Source: Gnetum montanum
Taxonomy: Eukaryota > Plantae > Gnetophyta
DNA length: 64,000 nt
Assembly (NCBI GenBank): GCA_015680685.1
Contig: MNCI01001077.1
Location: 5,627 to 69,626, forward strand
Direction of reading: 5' to 3'
A model generated the notes under the pieces. It saw only the letters and a list, made by a program, of their open reading frames with translations. It was not told where the DNA came from and ran no database searches. A program made the translations under genes and the position numbers. Each line of letters starts with the position of its first letter. Position 1 is the stretch's first letter. Positions 11,428 through 23,749 of the stretch are shown here, piece by piece.

Positions 11428-14217
11428 ATGGTTCTGAAATGTGTGTAGCGAGGGGGTCCTGTTCAAGGTGAAGCAAAACAACCTCTGAGAGGTGGAAGAT
11501 GGGTCCCTTCTGAATAACATGTAGAATAGGAGGTGCAATCATTTAGCATCCATCAAGAAGAACCTCCTACAAGATGGTCTGGGTAAGCAAAAAGAGGAGT
11601 TGTTGCTGCGCTTGACCCGGGACAAGAACTCACGTTGTCCTCAGAATGTGTTCAGGCTATCCATACGAAGTCCATAGTTTCTGTGGTGATCATGGAGCTT
11701 AACTTTGAACCTTTTGCAGAGTTTTCTCCTGAAGCTATTAAGGATCACCTTAAAGGGTCTCCCTTATGGCCTATCCTCTCTAAGTGCGGTGCCTGGTATT
11801 TAGGTGAAACGTACCTGTTCTGGCACAATAAGGAGCAAGGCACCACAGTTAACATTTGTGGTGTGATAGTAGAATTTTCTACGCAGGTGATTTTGGAAGT
11901 GTTAAACCTTCCGAATTCAGGCCCCCATGTTGCTCGGTTATCTACCCGATCAGATCCTAATGTGCGAAAAGATTGGTTAGAGAAGGCTTATGGCAGAGAT
12001 AAAAATTTTGGAGAATTGATGACGGAAGAGCGGGTTTATTTCAAAATTGGAACCTATCACCTCTTCCCCACAAAAGTTTTGAAAATAATATCTATGTATG
12101 TGGCAAGAGGATGTGCAGTGTTGATGGGAAAGGTTAATGCTAACCTTCCCCATCTATATTTGACAGAGATCCTAAGGTAATTTGAAGAGCGAAAGTCAGG
12201 GAAGATGGCATAGCCTTTTCCCTACCTTATCAGAAAACTATGCTGATGGGCTGGTATTCGGAGATACACAAATGACATCCTCCGAAAGGCCCAAAATGTT
12301 TCTTATGCTGAGTTATTAAAGGTGCCAGCTCCAAGAAAGAGCACTGGCGAAGAGCTAGGACCAGATGAAGAAGAAGAACAGATGACTGGATCACTTGCAA
12401 CTCATCTTGCAGGACCCATTCAACCTCCAACCACAGGTCCTAGCCAACAACAAGAAGTAGGACCCAGCACAGGCCAAGATTAGCCGCCACAGCCGCAAGA
12501 CTATAGACTATCGATGAGCCATCTTAGGGCCATTGTCGAGATAGTTAGTTGCGGAAGTCATGATGACGTAAACCTCTTTCGCGTCATCAATGATGTCGAC
12601 CAGCCTACTATTTCATTAGATCGCACAAGGGGTGAATTATCAATTCAAACAGGAGGAGGGGAAAGTAGATGGTCACAATAGATCTCTGGAAATGTGGCAT
12701 CTTTTCAAGTGCAGTTAGAGACTGGTGAAGTGGCCACTATGGTGGTCATGCAACACCAGGATGCTACAGAAGCTGCTGAAGTGGTCACTGACCATATCAA
12801 AGAATCATTTAACGTGCCTGTTGTGCCACTGGTAGATCTTTCAAGAGCACGGGATGCTCAAACTCTTGTCGGAACCTCAATGACTCCTACGGAACATGAG
12901 GATGCATTGGACAGATTGCTTTAAACAGGACAAGTTTTGATGTCTCTGTTTGACATCCCTCAAGATGTAACAGCAATTCAATTAGAACTCATTTCCACAA
13001 AGGGAAAGTTAGTCATATCCAAAGTAAGGGCAGAGCATGCTGAAGATGAAGTGTAGAAACTACAAGAGCAGCTCATAGCCTTACAAGCAGCATAGCGAGA
13101 TGCTTTGCAATTTGTTCCCACAGAGCAGCTAGAACATTTCAGAATCAAGCAATTAACAAAGCTAATTGCAGAAAATAAGAAGCTGGCAGAAGAAAAGAAG
13201 ATGGCCACTTAGGATGCCTCCACAGCACAAGCACAAACCCATGCACATCTTAAGGCACTCAAGGCCTTAGAAGAAGAGAATAAGCAGTTGGTTGAAGATA
13301 ACCTTTAGTTGACTTCTATGGAGAAACATAAGAATGTTCTCAATGAACACTTTCATCAGTTATGAGAACAGTTCATTCGAGTCAACCGAGATGTAAGCCT
13401 TTTAGCCAAAGAAAATCGAACCCTCTCAATTGAGGAGGTACGCGCTATTCGTCAAAAATCAGCCATTGAGATAAGCGCATGGTAGAATGAGACTAAATGA
13501 CATGAGAAGCTAAAGGAGCATTTTCGTGATCAAGTGGGGATGTACAAACAAATCCTGGAGAAGGAGATCCATATGGCCAAGGCTCAAATCAACAACATCA
13601 GTGCTTAGCACACTAATTGGAGGGCCATATTGGACACTTACGCCTTCGCCCACCAAGCGGAAATTAAGAACTGGGACCTGCAGATCCAAGACTTGACCGG
13701 ATACATGGGGTTGGAAAACCTTAGATATGCCAACCTAGCCATGTTAACAGTAGGATGCCCAAGGTCAGAGCTCGAGCTGTAGGTAGCTTCCACCCATATC
13801 AAATATGAAGCAAAATTTGCAGAGCACAAGAAGTTGGCTGAGAAACTAGATGTCACAAATTCTAAACTTGCATTGGTAAAAGAAAGCTACCAGGGACAGA
13901 AAGTTATTGCAACCGACTTGGCTTGATGGCTAACAGAGCTTCATAAATATAAAGACAAAGCCAGAGCCTATGAAGAGGAACGTCGGGTGTTCGCGGCATG
14001 GTACGTTAAATCTAATTAGATGTTCCTGCAACTACCCTGTCCGTGGGAGGTGCTGACTCCGTCAAACATCAGAACATTCGCATGGATGGCACAGGACCCT
14101 CAGATTGAAGAGGAGAAGGTCCAGGTAATTCTTTAGCATCATCAACCTTCCAAGATTGGAGCACGTGACAAGGAGAAAGCATCCATGGAGGATCCACCGC
14201 CACCAGGAACTACATGA
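11428..14217 (+). pseudogene. Element C accessory ORF2, 929 codons in one frame with internal stops (Transposase_32-like N-domain, middle domain, long coiled coil)
   Basis: ATG 11428, ORF-track pieces at 11635 and 12694 and TGA 14215 share one frame. Motifs WYLGETYLFWHN, VNICGVIVEFS, NLPHLYLTEI, PFPYLIRKLC. Confidence 0.8.
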
Positions 14218-14384
14218 GTTTCATTTTTTGTAGTGTAGCATTTTTTCTGTGTTGTGTCTCCCCACACTGCGGCATTAGTCCATTTCTTTTTCTAGTTAAT
14301 AATCCCATACCTATCCAATGTGTAATCAATGAAGCTTGTTCTCCTTGTAACTTGAGGATGATTTTTTATTCAGTCATGGGGGTA

Positions 14385-15294
14385 TGATGAGACTCGATTC
14401 ACATAGGCCACGATATCGCGTCCACCGCGATATTGCATCCCTCATGATATCGGGTACATGATATCGCGTCTTCCCTATGATATCACGTACGCGATATCGT
14501 AGTCTGCCACGATATCTATAAATAAGATGCGGCTCTCTCTTGTTTGGGGGATCCTAGTTAGAAGTAGCGAAGCTCTGGTAGTTTGATCCCTCTAGAGTTA
14601 GATTTTTTTCCCGTGTCTGCTCGTAGTGTGGTGAATGTAATTGTACGGTGTCTTTATTCGAGTGTGCCGTACTTGGACACACACATGATCGGCAATAAAG
14701 ATCAAGATTACTTCATCATTGCAGCATTCACTTTGTTATTTATTTAATGTTATTTACTATTTTCTCTCTCTCACCATTAAACTCCTAGAACGTGGAACGA
14801 GTATGACTTGATTACAAGCATTTAAGTGTGACTACTTGGTAGCCCAGTGGTGTAGCTAGGATCTACACTTGGTAACCCAATGGTGTATTTGGGATCTATG
14901 CTTGGTAATCCCAGTTGTGTCCCTAGGATCTACGCTTGGTAGTCCCAGTGGTAGTCATGCACGAGGTCCAAGATGTGTATGGTTGATCAAGGAATCGGTT
15001 GCTCGTCGCACTTAGGCTAGATTAGATTTTCTTACCCTTTTCCTCCTAGCTTAGCTTAGTTAATATTATTTTTCATTGCCTTCAAGAGTAGCATAGATTA
15101 GGAACACATCAGACACCTCATCTGAACTAAACCATATGTGACAAATATAATACTAGTCCATGTGGGAAGACAGCGAACTACAACCTAAGGATAACTATCT
15201 AGGTGCCACAACTAGTTCGTCTACAGAGTTCGACCGGATCACACGTGCGACGCTCATTTCGTATGGTTGAGTAGGGGTACCTTGCCACTCATCA
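14385..15294 (+). repeat. Element C 3' LTR (910 bp)
   Basis: Follows CAGTCATGGGGGTA; TGATGAG...CTCATCA ends; CGCGATATCG-type repeats before TATAAATA. Confidence 0.93.
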
Positions 15295-15299
15295 CCATG

Positions 15300-17362
15300 A
15301 GACCTAATACATTAAAGTGGAGAAGTACTGTCTACCACTAGTCTTCTCATTGAAGAAGTGGAGGAACCACCTCTTTAGGAGTTAGATTAACATCATTTGT
15401 AAAGGCAATGTGCTTAGAGCCATAATGACCAACATTTATAAAAGTAATCATATAGCTCAATGGAAACACCAAATAGTAGAGTTTAACATTTATTATGTCT
15501 TTCAATCCTTAATGAAAGGTCAAGGTATAGCCATACAACTTACCATTTCACCAATTGATAACCATGCAACTATAGACCCTATGTTCCTTGATGAATACAT
15601 CAACATCATTGGCCAAGTGCCTGAGGACTATGAGGTGATCATACACTTTGATAGAGCATTGAATACCCATGGGGCTAGTTCCACTACCATTATAACATTC
15701 CCATTTGGTAAAATCCAACCCTTTGCCTACTAATTTAAGCTTTCATGTACCAATAATGTGGTGAAGTATGAATAATTGATCAAAGGGATGATGGTAGCTC
15801 ATGACCTAGGAGGTAAATTCTTAATGATGAAAGATGACTCACAACTTGTGATTAACCAAGTAACCAAGGTTTACACTTATAAATCCAAACATTTACAATC
15901 TTATTGTAACCTAGGAAAGTAATTTCTACAACAATTTACAAATGTTGATATCCAACATGTATCGCAAATAGAGAATATTATAGCTAATGTAATTGCAATG
16001 CTAGCCCTTAGTGTAATGCTAGATGTCTTTAGCAAGCTATCCACATTGACTATGAACTATGCTATTCCTATCATGTAGAAAATTAAGGATACCTTTGTGG
16101 TCATGGTTCATACTGCTCTCCCAAAGGATTGGTATGATGACATCAAGTTTTACCTTATACATGGTCAGCCTTCACAAGGCCTAACTACTTCTCAAAAGGA
16201 CATTATACATAAACAATCAAAATAGTATGTCATAGTATGTGATAACATATTATGTCATTGGTTGTATGATGGCATATTATTAGTGTGCTTAGATAAAGTT
16301 GATGTCTGAATAATCCTAGAGCAAGTTCATTAGCATGTATGTGGGGGACATATAGGACCTAGAGCCATGGCTACTAAGATTAGATGGTTAGCCTATTATT
16401 GGTCCTATATGAAAAGTGATTTCTTGAAGAAGGTTAAAACTTGTAATACATGTTAATGGCATAGTAACCCTATAAGTCTACTACTAACTAAGTTACACAC
16501 TACTTAGATAATTTGGTCATTTCAACGTGGGGGTTGGATATCATTGGACCTATAATGCCTAAGTATTATACATGGCATAGATTTATCATCATGACAACTA
16601 AATACTTTACAAAGTGTGATGAAGCTATTCCCCTATGAAGGAAAACATCTAAATATGTTTATAAATTTATACTTCATAACATTGTAGTCTACTTCAACAT
16701 ACCTATGATCATAGTCATAGACAATGGACCATAGTTAGTAGCCAAGAAATGAAGAGCTTTTATCATGACCTAGGCATCAAGCACTTCTTCTCATTTCCAT
16801 ATTACTCTCAAGACAATGGACAAGCACAAGAAACCAATAAGTCCATCATCAGCTTGCTCAAAAAGATGTTGAACAACAACACTTGCAAGTGGCATGAGTG
16901 GCTTGTCCATGTAGTTTGGTCCTACAAAACAACCAATCATATGATAATTGGTATAACCCCTTATAGCATAGTGTATGATTATGAAGCTATTTTACCTCTT
17001 GACTTGTAGGTTTAATTACTTCAAGTAGCCTTATTTGACTTCATCAATGATGAACAATGCAAGGAACTATGGACCATGGACCTAGGCTTGTTGGAGGAGC
17101 AATGGGTGCAAACACATTTTTACATCAACTCATACAATGAGAGGTAGATACAATAGCACCACCATAACCTAAATCGATGCAAGATCAAGAAGGATGACCT
17201 AGTTCTTAAGACCATTTTCCAACATGTGAATAATTCTTAGCCAACTAGAAAAGGTATTTCTTGGTCACCAAGGCTTATAGAAATGAAACATTCAGGATAG
17301 TTGACATGGATGGGAATGAATTGATCAACCTGGTCAGTCATTCCTATCTTTAGCCTATAATA
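15300..17362 (+). pseudogene. Element B RNase H (rest), aRH and integrase
   Basis: aRH: IHFDRA, CTNNVVKYE, DSQLVINQV. INT: VCGGH, YYW..M...C..C, WGLDIIGP, YYSQDNGQAQETNK, TPYSIVY. Confidence 0.9.
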
Positions 17363-17569
17363 GCCATCATTGGTGATCATCACAGTTAACAACAAGTGAG
17401 CCTGCATGAACATCTTTTGCACAATGGGAAAACTATTAAACTTTTGACCATGGTGATCTATGGTAGCTTAGTTTGTCATTCTATGTGGCCTTATGCCTTG
17501 TATTATAACAATATGGTTTCTTTTCTTGTTTTTCTTGTACTCTTAGATTTGTGCTTGTAGGATGAAGCC

Positions 17570-18570
17570 TAGAACTTGTTGGTGCTAGAAAGTTTGGTTG
17601 CTAGATCCAAAACCCAAAAATCCAAGTATCAGAATAATTTTAACCCTGAATCCCAAGGGCCTCTGAAAACAAGATTCAAGGTTCCTTGTATGGTTTGGCT
17701 GATCACCTAGAGACTTACAGAAGTGTAAAAAAAGGTGCAAATAGAAACCTAAATGGCTTTGGAAATAGAAATGAAAACAAATTTGAAAATATAAACTAAA
17801 ACTTGCACAACATGAACACTAACTTTATTTAAATAAAAATAAAAAATAAGGTTCATAAAGTATAGATTTTATGCTAAGACCACTAGAAGTTTCTTGCAAG
17901 AGATTGAAGTCCATTAGAAAAGTTAGGGTATTTTCTATGACAACTTGATGATCTAGTTTCTCCCTAACTTTAATTTTGAGCAACATTCTATTGGTTTTCA
18001 CCAAGGTCTACAACATGGTTATGGAAATGGGTTTTCAGTTTTTGGTGTCATGGAAACTAGTAACGAGTCTCTATGCCCTAGTGTAGTACTAATTTGTACT
18101 ACCAAAAAGTGGAAAAAAGGTTACAATGGGCTTTAGTGGTTGTGAAAGTTTCAAAATGCTATGAAGGTTGTAGATGCCAAAAAAGTTGGAACCCCAATAT
18201 GGTATTTACATTTGGTATATATAGGATTGATTTGGCTATTTTTAGGTCTATACACTACTACCATGATTACTAACATATTGACATCAATTTGCAAGTACAA
18301 TAGCTATCAAATCTCATGGTAGTTACCATTTATAATAAGCCTAGTATGGACTACAACAATAAAACCCATCTATTTACTATAAATAGTAAACAAACTTTTA
18401 TGACTATGTTGGCACCATTCTTACTATGTTGGCTTTGGTGGACTAAGTTGAAGTTACAACTATATTCAATCTATAGCTATGCTAGAGTTGTAACTACACT
18501 AGAGCTACAACTAGGCTGTCACACTTGTTCATTGAAAAATTATTGAAAACTTGGAATGACTATGTTGGCC
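17570..18570 (-). repeat. Left copy of a long direct repeat, probable 3' LTR of E (may extend further right)
   Basis: Colinear with 62190-64000 once LTR I is removed, e.g. TTGTTGGTGCTAGAAA, AAATGGCTTTGGAAAT, AAGCCTAGTATGGACTACAAC, TTTACTATAAATAGTAAA. Confidence 0.7.
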
Positions 18571-20092
18571 ACTATTTAAAAAAAATGAAAATTTCAACAA
18601 TTCCAACATTGCACTTCTATTGGGTCTTGGTGGTAACTAAACTAGCCATTTCTCATCTCTTGGAATAGAATAGAACTTCCTATCTACTATAGCACCATGT
18701 ATACTATAGCATTTTGTCTATTGTAATACCATGTCTACTATAGATGGCTACAACGTAGTTGGACCTATACCCCTATAAAAACCCATGGAAATGTCAATTT
18801 TAGCCATTTCCAAGGTGATTTTAGCCTTCCCAAGCCTAAATATAGACATGATGTACCTTTTTCTACTTAGAAACTAATGCAATAACAAATTTTGAAGAAC
18901 TTTTTGGCTCTAGAAAGTTAAAGTATGCAAGATTGTAGCTCATGAGCTACATATCTCACATTTACAATGAATCCTTGCCTCAAGTTGGAAAATGAAGGTT
19001 GCAAAATGAATTTTGATGGTGTTTCATTGGCTTCTCTTTGTTGATTTCTAGAGGATTAAGCTAAGAAACATCGACAAAAAATACAAAACACCACTATAGG
19101 TCCACCATAAATGTTCCCTCTTCATGGTTGATTTAGTAGCATCGAATGATGCTCAAGAGTGCTCAAGATGATGGCGTGAGGTTATGATAGGATAATAGGT
19201 AATGAGAAGATATGGAAATGATCATGAAGGCTAATAATGCATTCCAAGCATTCACATCATGGCTAGAATATGGCATAGACATGTTGGTCAATCCATTTAA
19301 GCTTCATACTTTGTGCTTTAAAGTGTAGTTCACTTAGCAAATGCATTTGAGGAATGAACACCTTGCCCCAAGGTTAGTTTTATTATTAGGCTTCTTCCTT
19401 TACATGTTTGAAGTTATTGATTTGTTCTTTGGGCTTTATTGGCTATTCATCTTTTTGGAAATTTTCTTTCCCTTCCACCCTTTTTGTGGGATGAAATGTT
19501 CATTAGGTTTCTCTTGACAAGGTTAGTTTAACTTGGTATTCTCATTGAGTGATACGTGCCACACTCACTGGAATAGATGATTTTTCATTGAATGAGATGT
19601 GTTACATTCAATGGACTTGAAGGTGAAGAATGATGAAGGGATGCCATATATCCATAGTGCATGAGTGTCAAACATTAGTCAACATTATCATCCAAGAGAA
19701 GGAAGGTTATAATTATGCAACAGAGTTGGGTTCAAGTTAATGGTAATGGAAATGATATAAAACAAGCACTCTTGACATGACAAGACAAACTCAACAAATT
19801 TTACATATTGAGGTCACATGATGAGTTACACCTCCACAATGACTCTAGGCTTCAACCTACTAGCACAACTCCAAGAGGACAAGAAATCTAGATGAAAAAG
19901 ATCATGTTCTTACAATGAAATACATAACACCACATAGAAAAATTAGCAAACTCAATTATCAAAGCTTACATATGTTTCCAGTTTAAGGCCAAGGTAGGAC
20001 ATGTTTCCAGTTTAAGACATTAGCAAGCCATGTCACTAGTTTAAGGCCTTGGTAGGCTATGAAAAGTCAGCTTTCTTATTGGTTATTTTAGC

Positions 20093-22858
20093 TACATGTA
20101 ATATGGCTTTAGATAGAAATGATTAACTAGATTTGCTAAATCATTCCCATCCATGTCTACTATTCAGTAAGCCTTGTTGTCATAGGCCTTGAAGATCAAG
20201 AAAGTTCCTTCCCAATTGGTTGAGAACTTGTTTGCATGCTCTTGGATGGCTTTGAGAACTAGGTCTTCCACTTTGATCTTGCAATTGCCTAGGTTATGAT
20301 GGTGTTGGAATTTTTGCCTTTCTTGGTAGTGTTTAATGTGAGAAAGTGTTCATACACACTACTCATCCACCAAGTCTAGGTCCATGGTATGTAGCTACTT
20401 ATTCTATTGATTGTTAATGAAGTCAAATAGGACTACTCAGAGTGATGGTACTTGCAATTCAGGAGGCAAAATAGCTTTAGAACCATAGATAATTATATAT
20501 GGGATTACACTTGTTGTGGTATGGTATGTCATTATCTAGGTCCAAAGTGCATGGACAAGCTACTCATGCCACTTGTGCTTGTTATTGTTCAACATTTTCT
20601 TAAGAAAGTTGATGATGGACTTATTGCTTGCTTCAGCTTGTCCATTGGCTTGAGGATAATATGACGATGAGAAAGAATGCTTAATGTTAAGGTCATGACA
20701 GTAATTTTTGGTTTATTGGCTACTAAATTATGGTTCATTTTTTGTGACTATGGTCATAGGTATGCCAAAATGGGCTACTATGTTATCCAAGATGAACCTA
20801 TAGACTTGTTTAGATGTATTCTTCCTTAGGAGAATAGCCTTAATCCACTTTGTAAGGTATTCAATTGTGGTGATCATTAAGCTATTCCCTACAAAATACT
20901 TAGCCATTGTAGGTATATTGATATCCTACACCCATTGTTGAAACAACCAAGTGGTCTGAGTAGTGTGTAACTTAGTTGGTAGTACATGTATGAGATTGCA
21001 ATGCGGCTAGTAGGTATCACATGTTTTGACCTTCTGCAAGAAATTATTTTTCATATAGGATCAGTAATAGCCTAACTATCTAATCTTAGTAGCCATAGCG
21101 CTAGGTCATATATGTCCCCTACATTCACCCTTGTGAACTTGCTCTAGGACTATGTGGGCCTCAGTTTTACCCAAGCACACTAACAATATGTCATCGTAGG
21201 ACTATCAAAATAATGTATTATTGCTTACCATGATATACTATTTTGATCATTTATGTATATTATCCTTTTGAGTAGCGGTTAGGCCTTTTAAAGGTTCACC
21301 ATGCATAAGGTAAAACTTGATATCATCATACCATTCTCTATAAGAGTACTATAGACTACTACCACAAAGGTATCCTCATCACTCTCCATGATGGAAATAG
21401 CACAGTCCATAGTCAATGTAGGTAACTTGCTAAACACACTTGGCATCACACTAAGGGCTAGCATTGTAATTACATCATCTATAGTGTTTTTTTGGGTATA
21501 TGTTGGTTATCAGTGTCTATAAACCATTGCATTATTTGATTTCCTAGGTTAGAGTAAGATTACAAATGTTTGAATTTAGATGTGTAAACCTCAATTACTT
21601 GGTTGATCACAAGTTGTGAATTTCCCTTGATCATTAAATGCTTGATTCCTAAGCCATTAATTCCCATAATTTCTCTTATCATACCTCCATACTTCACTAT
21701 CTTGTTGATGCATAGGAACTAAAAACAATAGGAAAAGGGTCAGATTTCACCAAATGGAAATGCAATGATGATAGAAACATTGGCCTCATGGATAATTGAA
21801 GCTCTATCAAAGTGCATAAGTACCTTAGAACCCTAAAGCACTTCACTAATAGTGTTGACATGTTCATCTAGAAACTCAAGATCTATGGTTGCATGGTTAT
21901 CAGTAAATGAAATTGTAAGTTGTATAGCTATAACTTGACCTTTTGTTGATGCTTGAGAAATATAATGAAAAATCCATTGTTATTGCTTTCTATCAAGCTA
22001 TATAGCTACCTTCATAAATTTTTTTTGTTATGGCTTTGAGCAGATTATCTTTGTAAATGACATTGACCTAGCTCCTAAAGAGGTACTATCTTCACTTCTT
22101 CAACAAGAAGATTAGTGCTAGATAATACATCTCCACTTTAGTCTATCGAGTCTCATAGACAACCAATGCATACGTAAGGTAGTATACTAGGATATCTACT
22201 TCATCATCATGTTTTTGATAGAGTACAGAGGTAATAGACATGTTAGAGATGACAAGGTGGATGTAAAATAATTTATCCTGTTGTGGGGGATAGGCTATCA
22301 ATAGTTGTGCCAACTCTTGCTTAAGGTTTTCAAAGGCTTCTTGACATTAAGCCATCCACTCATAGTAAAATCCTTTCTTAAGTAAATTTTTCATGTGTTA
22401 TAACTTATCTATAGCCTAGCGATGAACCTATGAATAAATTGCAATCTTCCTTGTAGTTCCCAAAGCTCCTTAAGGCTAGTAGGTGCTACCAAGTTGGATA
22501 TGACCTTAACCTTATTAGGAGCAACATTTATCCCTACTTCAAATACTACAAAGCCAAGAATCTTACCAATCTTGATACTAAAAATTCACTTCTTGGGATT
22601 GATCCTAAATTCATACTTGAGACATCATTTCAGTACAAGATCAAGGTCATGTGCATGATTGTTAATCACTTTGCACTTAATAACTATATCATCTATGTAA
22701 TCATTGAGCAAACCTATCATGTAATTATTAAAGATGTATGTCATAGCTCTTTGGATTGTTGTCCCCATGTTCTTTAGGCCAAAGGACATCATGGTGTAAC
22801 AAAAAGTATCACAAGAGGTCATGAAGGTCATACTAAGTTGATGCTCTAGGTTGACCCT
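20093..22858 (-). pseudogene. Element E pol, 3' part: RT C-half, RH, aRH, integrase
   Basis: MMSFGLKNMGTTIQRAM, YIDDIVIK; aRH with NSQLVINQV; integrase ending KFSTNWEGTF...NHFYLKPYYM*. Homologous to element B. Confidence 0.9.
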
Positions 22859-23627
22859 TGATGAGTTATCAGAAGTGATATTGGGGCTCCAATATCATGG
22901 TTCCAATATCAGGGTCAATAGGCTATGTCAAATATTCAATGTCATTTCTACCATACTCACCTATAAATATCACGTAGGGGAGGTAGAGGATAGATAGTGG
23001 GGAGAGTTAGTTAGAGTTTTCCAATTTTAGTTGCACGACATCCTTACTCAAGTGTAATGTACTTAGACACATTACATGTTTGGCAATAAAGATTGAGATC
23101 ATTTACATCATTGCAACATCCACTCTATGTTTGTGATTCCCTTATATTAAAATTTTGATGTATTTATTTATTGTGATTTCCAACTAATGTTATTTACATT
23201 CCCCATCATTACGTGGAATGAGTACAACCAATTGCAAACACATAAGCGTATTGTCTAGTAACCCAGTAGCGATTAGCATATGGTAATCCCAGCAGCAACT
23301 ATGTGAAGCCCAAGGTGCATATGGAAAATCCAGTTCAGATACTCATCACCTTAGGTTAATATAGGATTTATTTCATACCCTTAGTTAATCAACTCTTTAT
23401 TATCATTCTACAGTAGAAGTAGTGTTAAAACACTACATCATACACCTCACTTTGGACTAAACCATATGTGACAACAATTCCATTAGTCTAACATGGGAAG
23501 ACAATGAACAAAAAAGCATAATAACTATCTTAGAACTCACAATTAGCCCATCCAAAGAGTTCCATTGGATCGTGCATATGCACTTGTATTCATATGGTTG
23601 GGCGTAGGGGTACCTTGCTGCTTATCA
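22859..23627 (+). repeat. Element D 5' LTR (769 bp)
   Basis: Direct repeat of 30867-31668 with a ~30 bp deletion. Confidence 0.92.
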
Positions 23628-23628
23628 T

Positions 23629-23646
23629 TGGCACCATTGCCAGGGA
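23629..23646 (+). promoter_or_regulatory. Primer binding site, tRNA-Asp type
   Basis: TGGCACCATTGCCAGGGA is a CG-decayed form of TGGCGCCGTTGCCGGGGA, complementary to the plant tRNA-Asp 3' end used by Athila. Confidence 0.85.
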
Positions 23647-23749
23647 TGGTGCTAATTATCATAGATAGTTATATCATACAACTTCATTGTAGGAATTTCC
23701 ATGCTCTATATTTTAACAAGGAGTAACAAGTCACACACACATCTCCAAC

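Larger units (their letters stand above)
10737..15294 (+). mobile_element. Element C: Athila-like LTR element with ORF2; 5' part collapsed at an assembly gap
   Basis: Perfect TSD CCATG (10732-10736 and 15295-15299). Two LTR copies with about 36 mismatches in 406 bp by my count. Single N at 11143 cuts the 5' LTR. Confidence 0.92.
8209..17450 (+). mobile_element. Element B: degenerate Tat/Ogre-type Ty3/Gypsy internal region (RT-RH-aRH-INT), interrupted by element C
   Basis: RT, RNase H, archaeal-type RNase H and integrase motifs in that order. The RH reading resumes after the CCATG target duplication of C. LTRs of B not identified. Confidence 0.85.
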
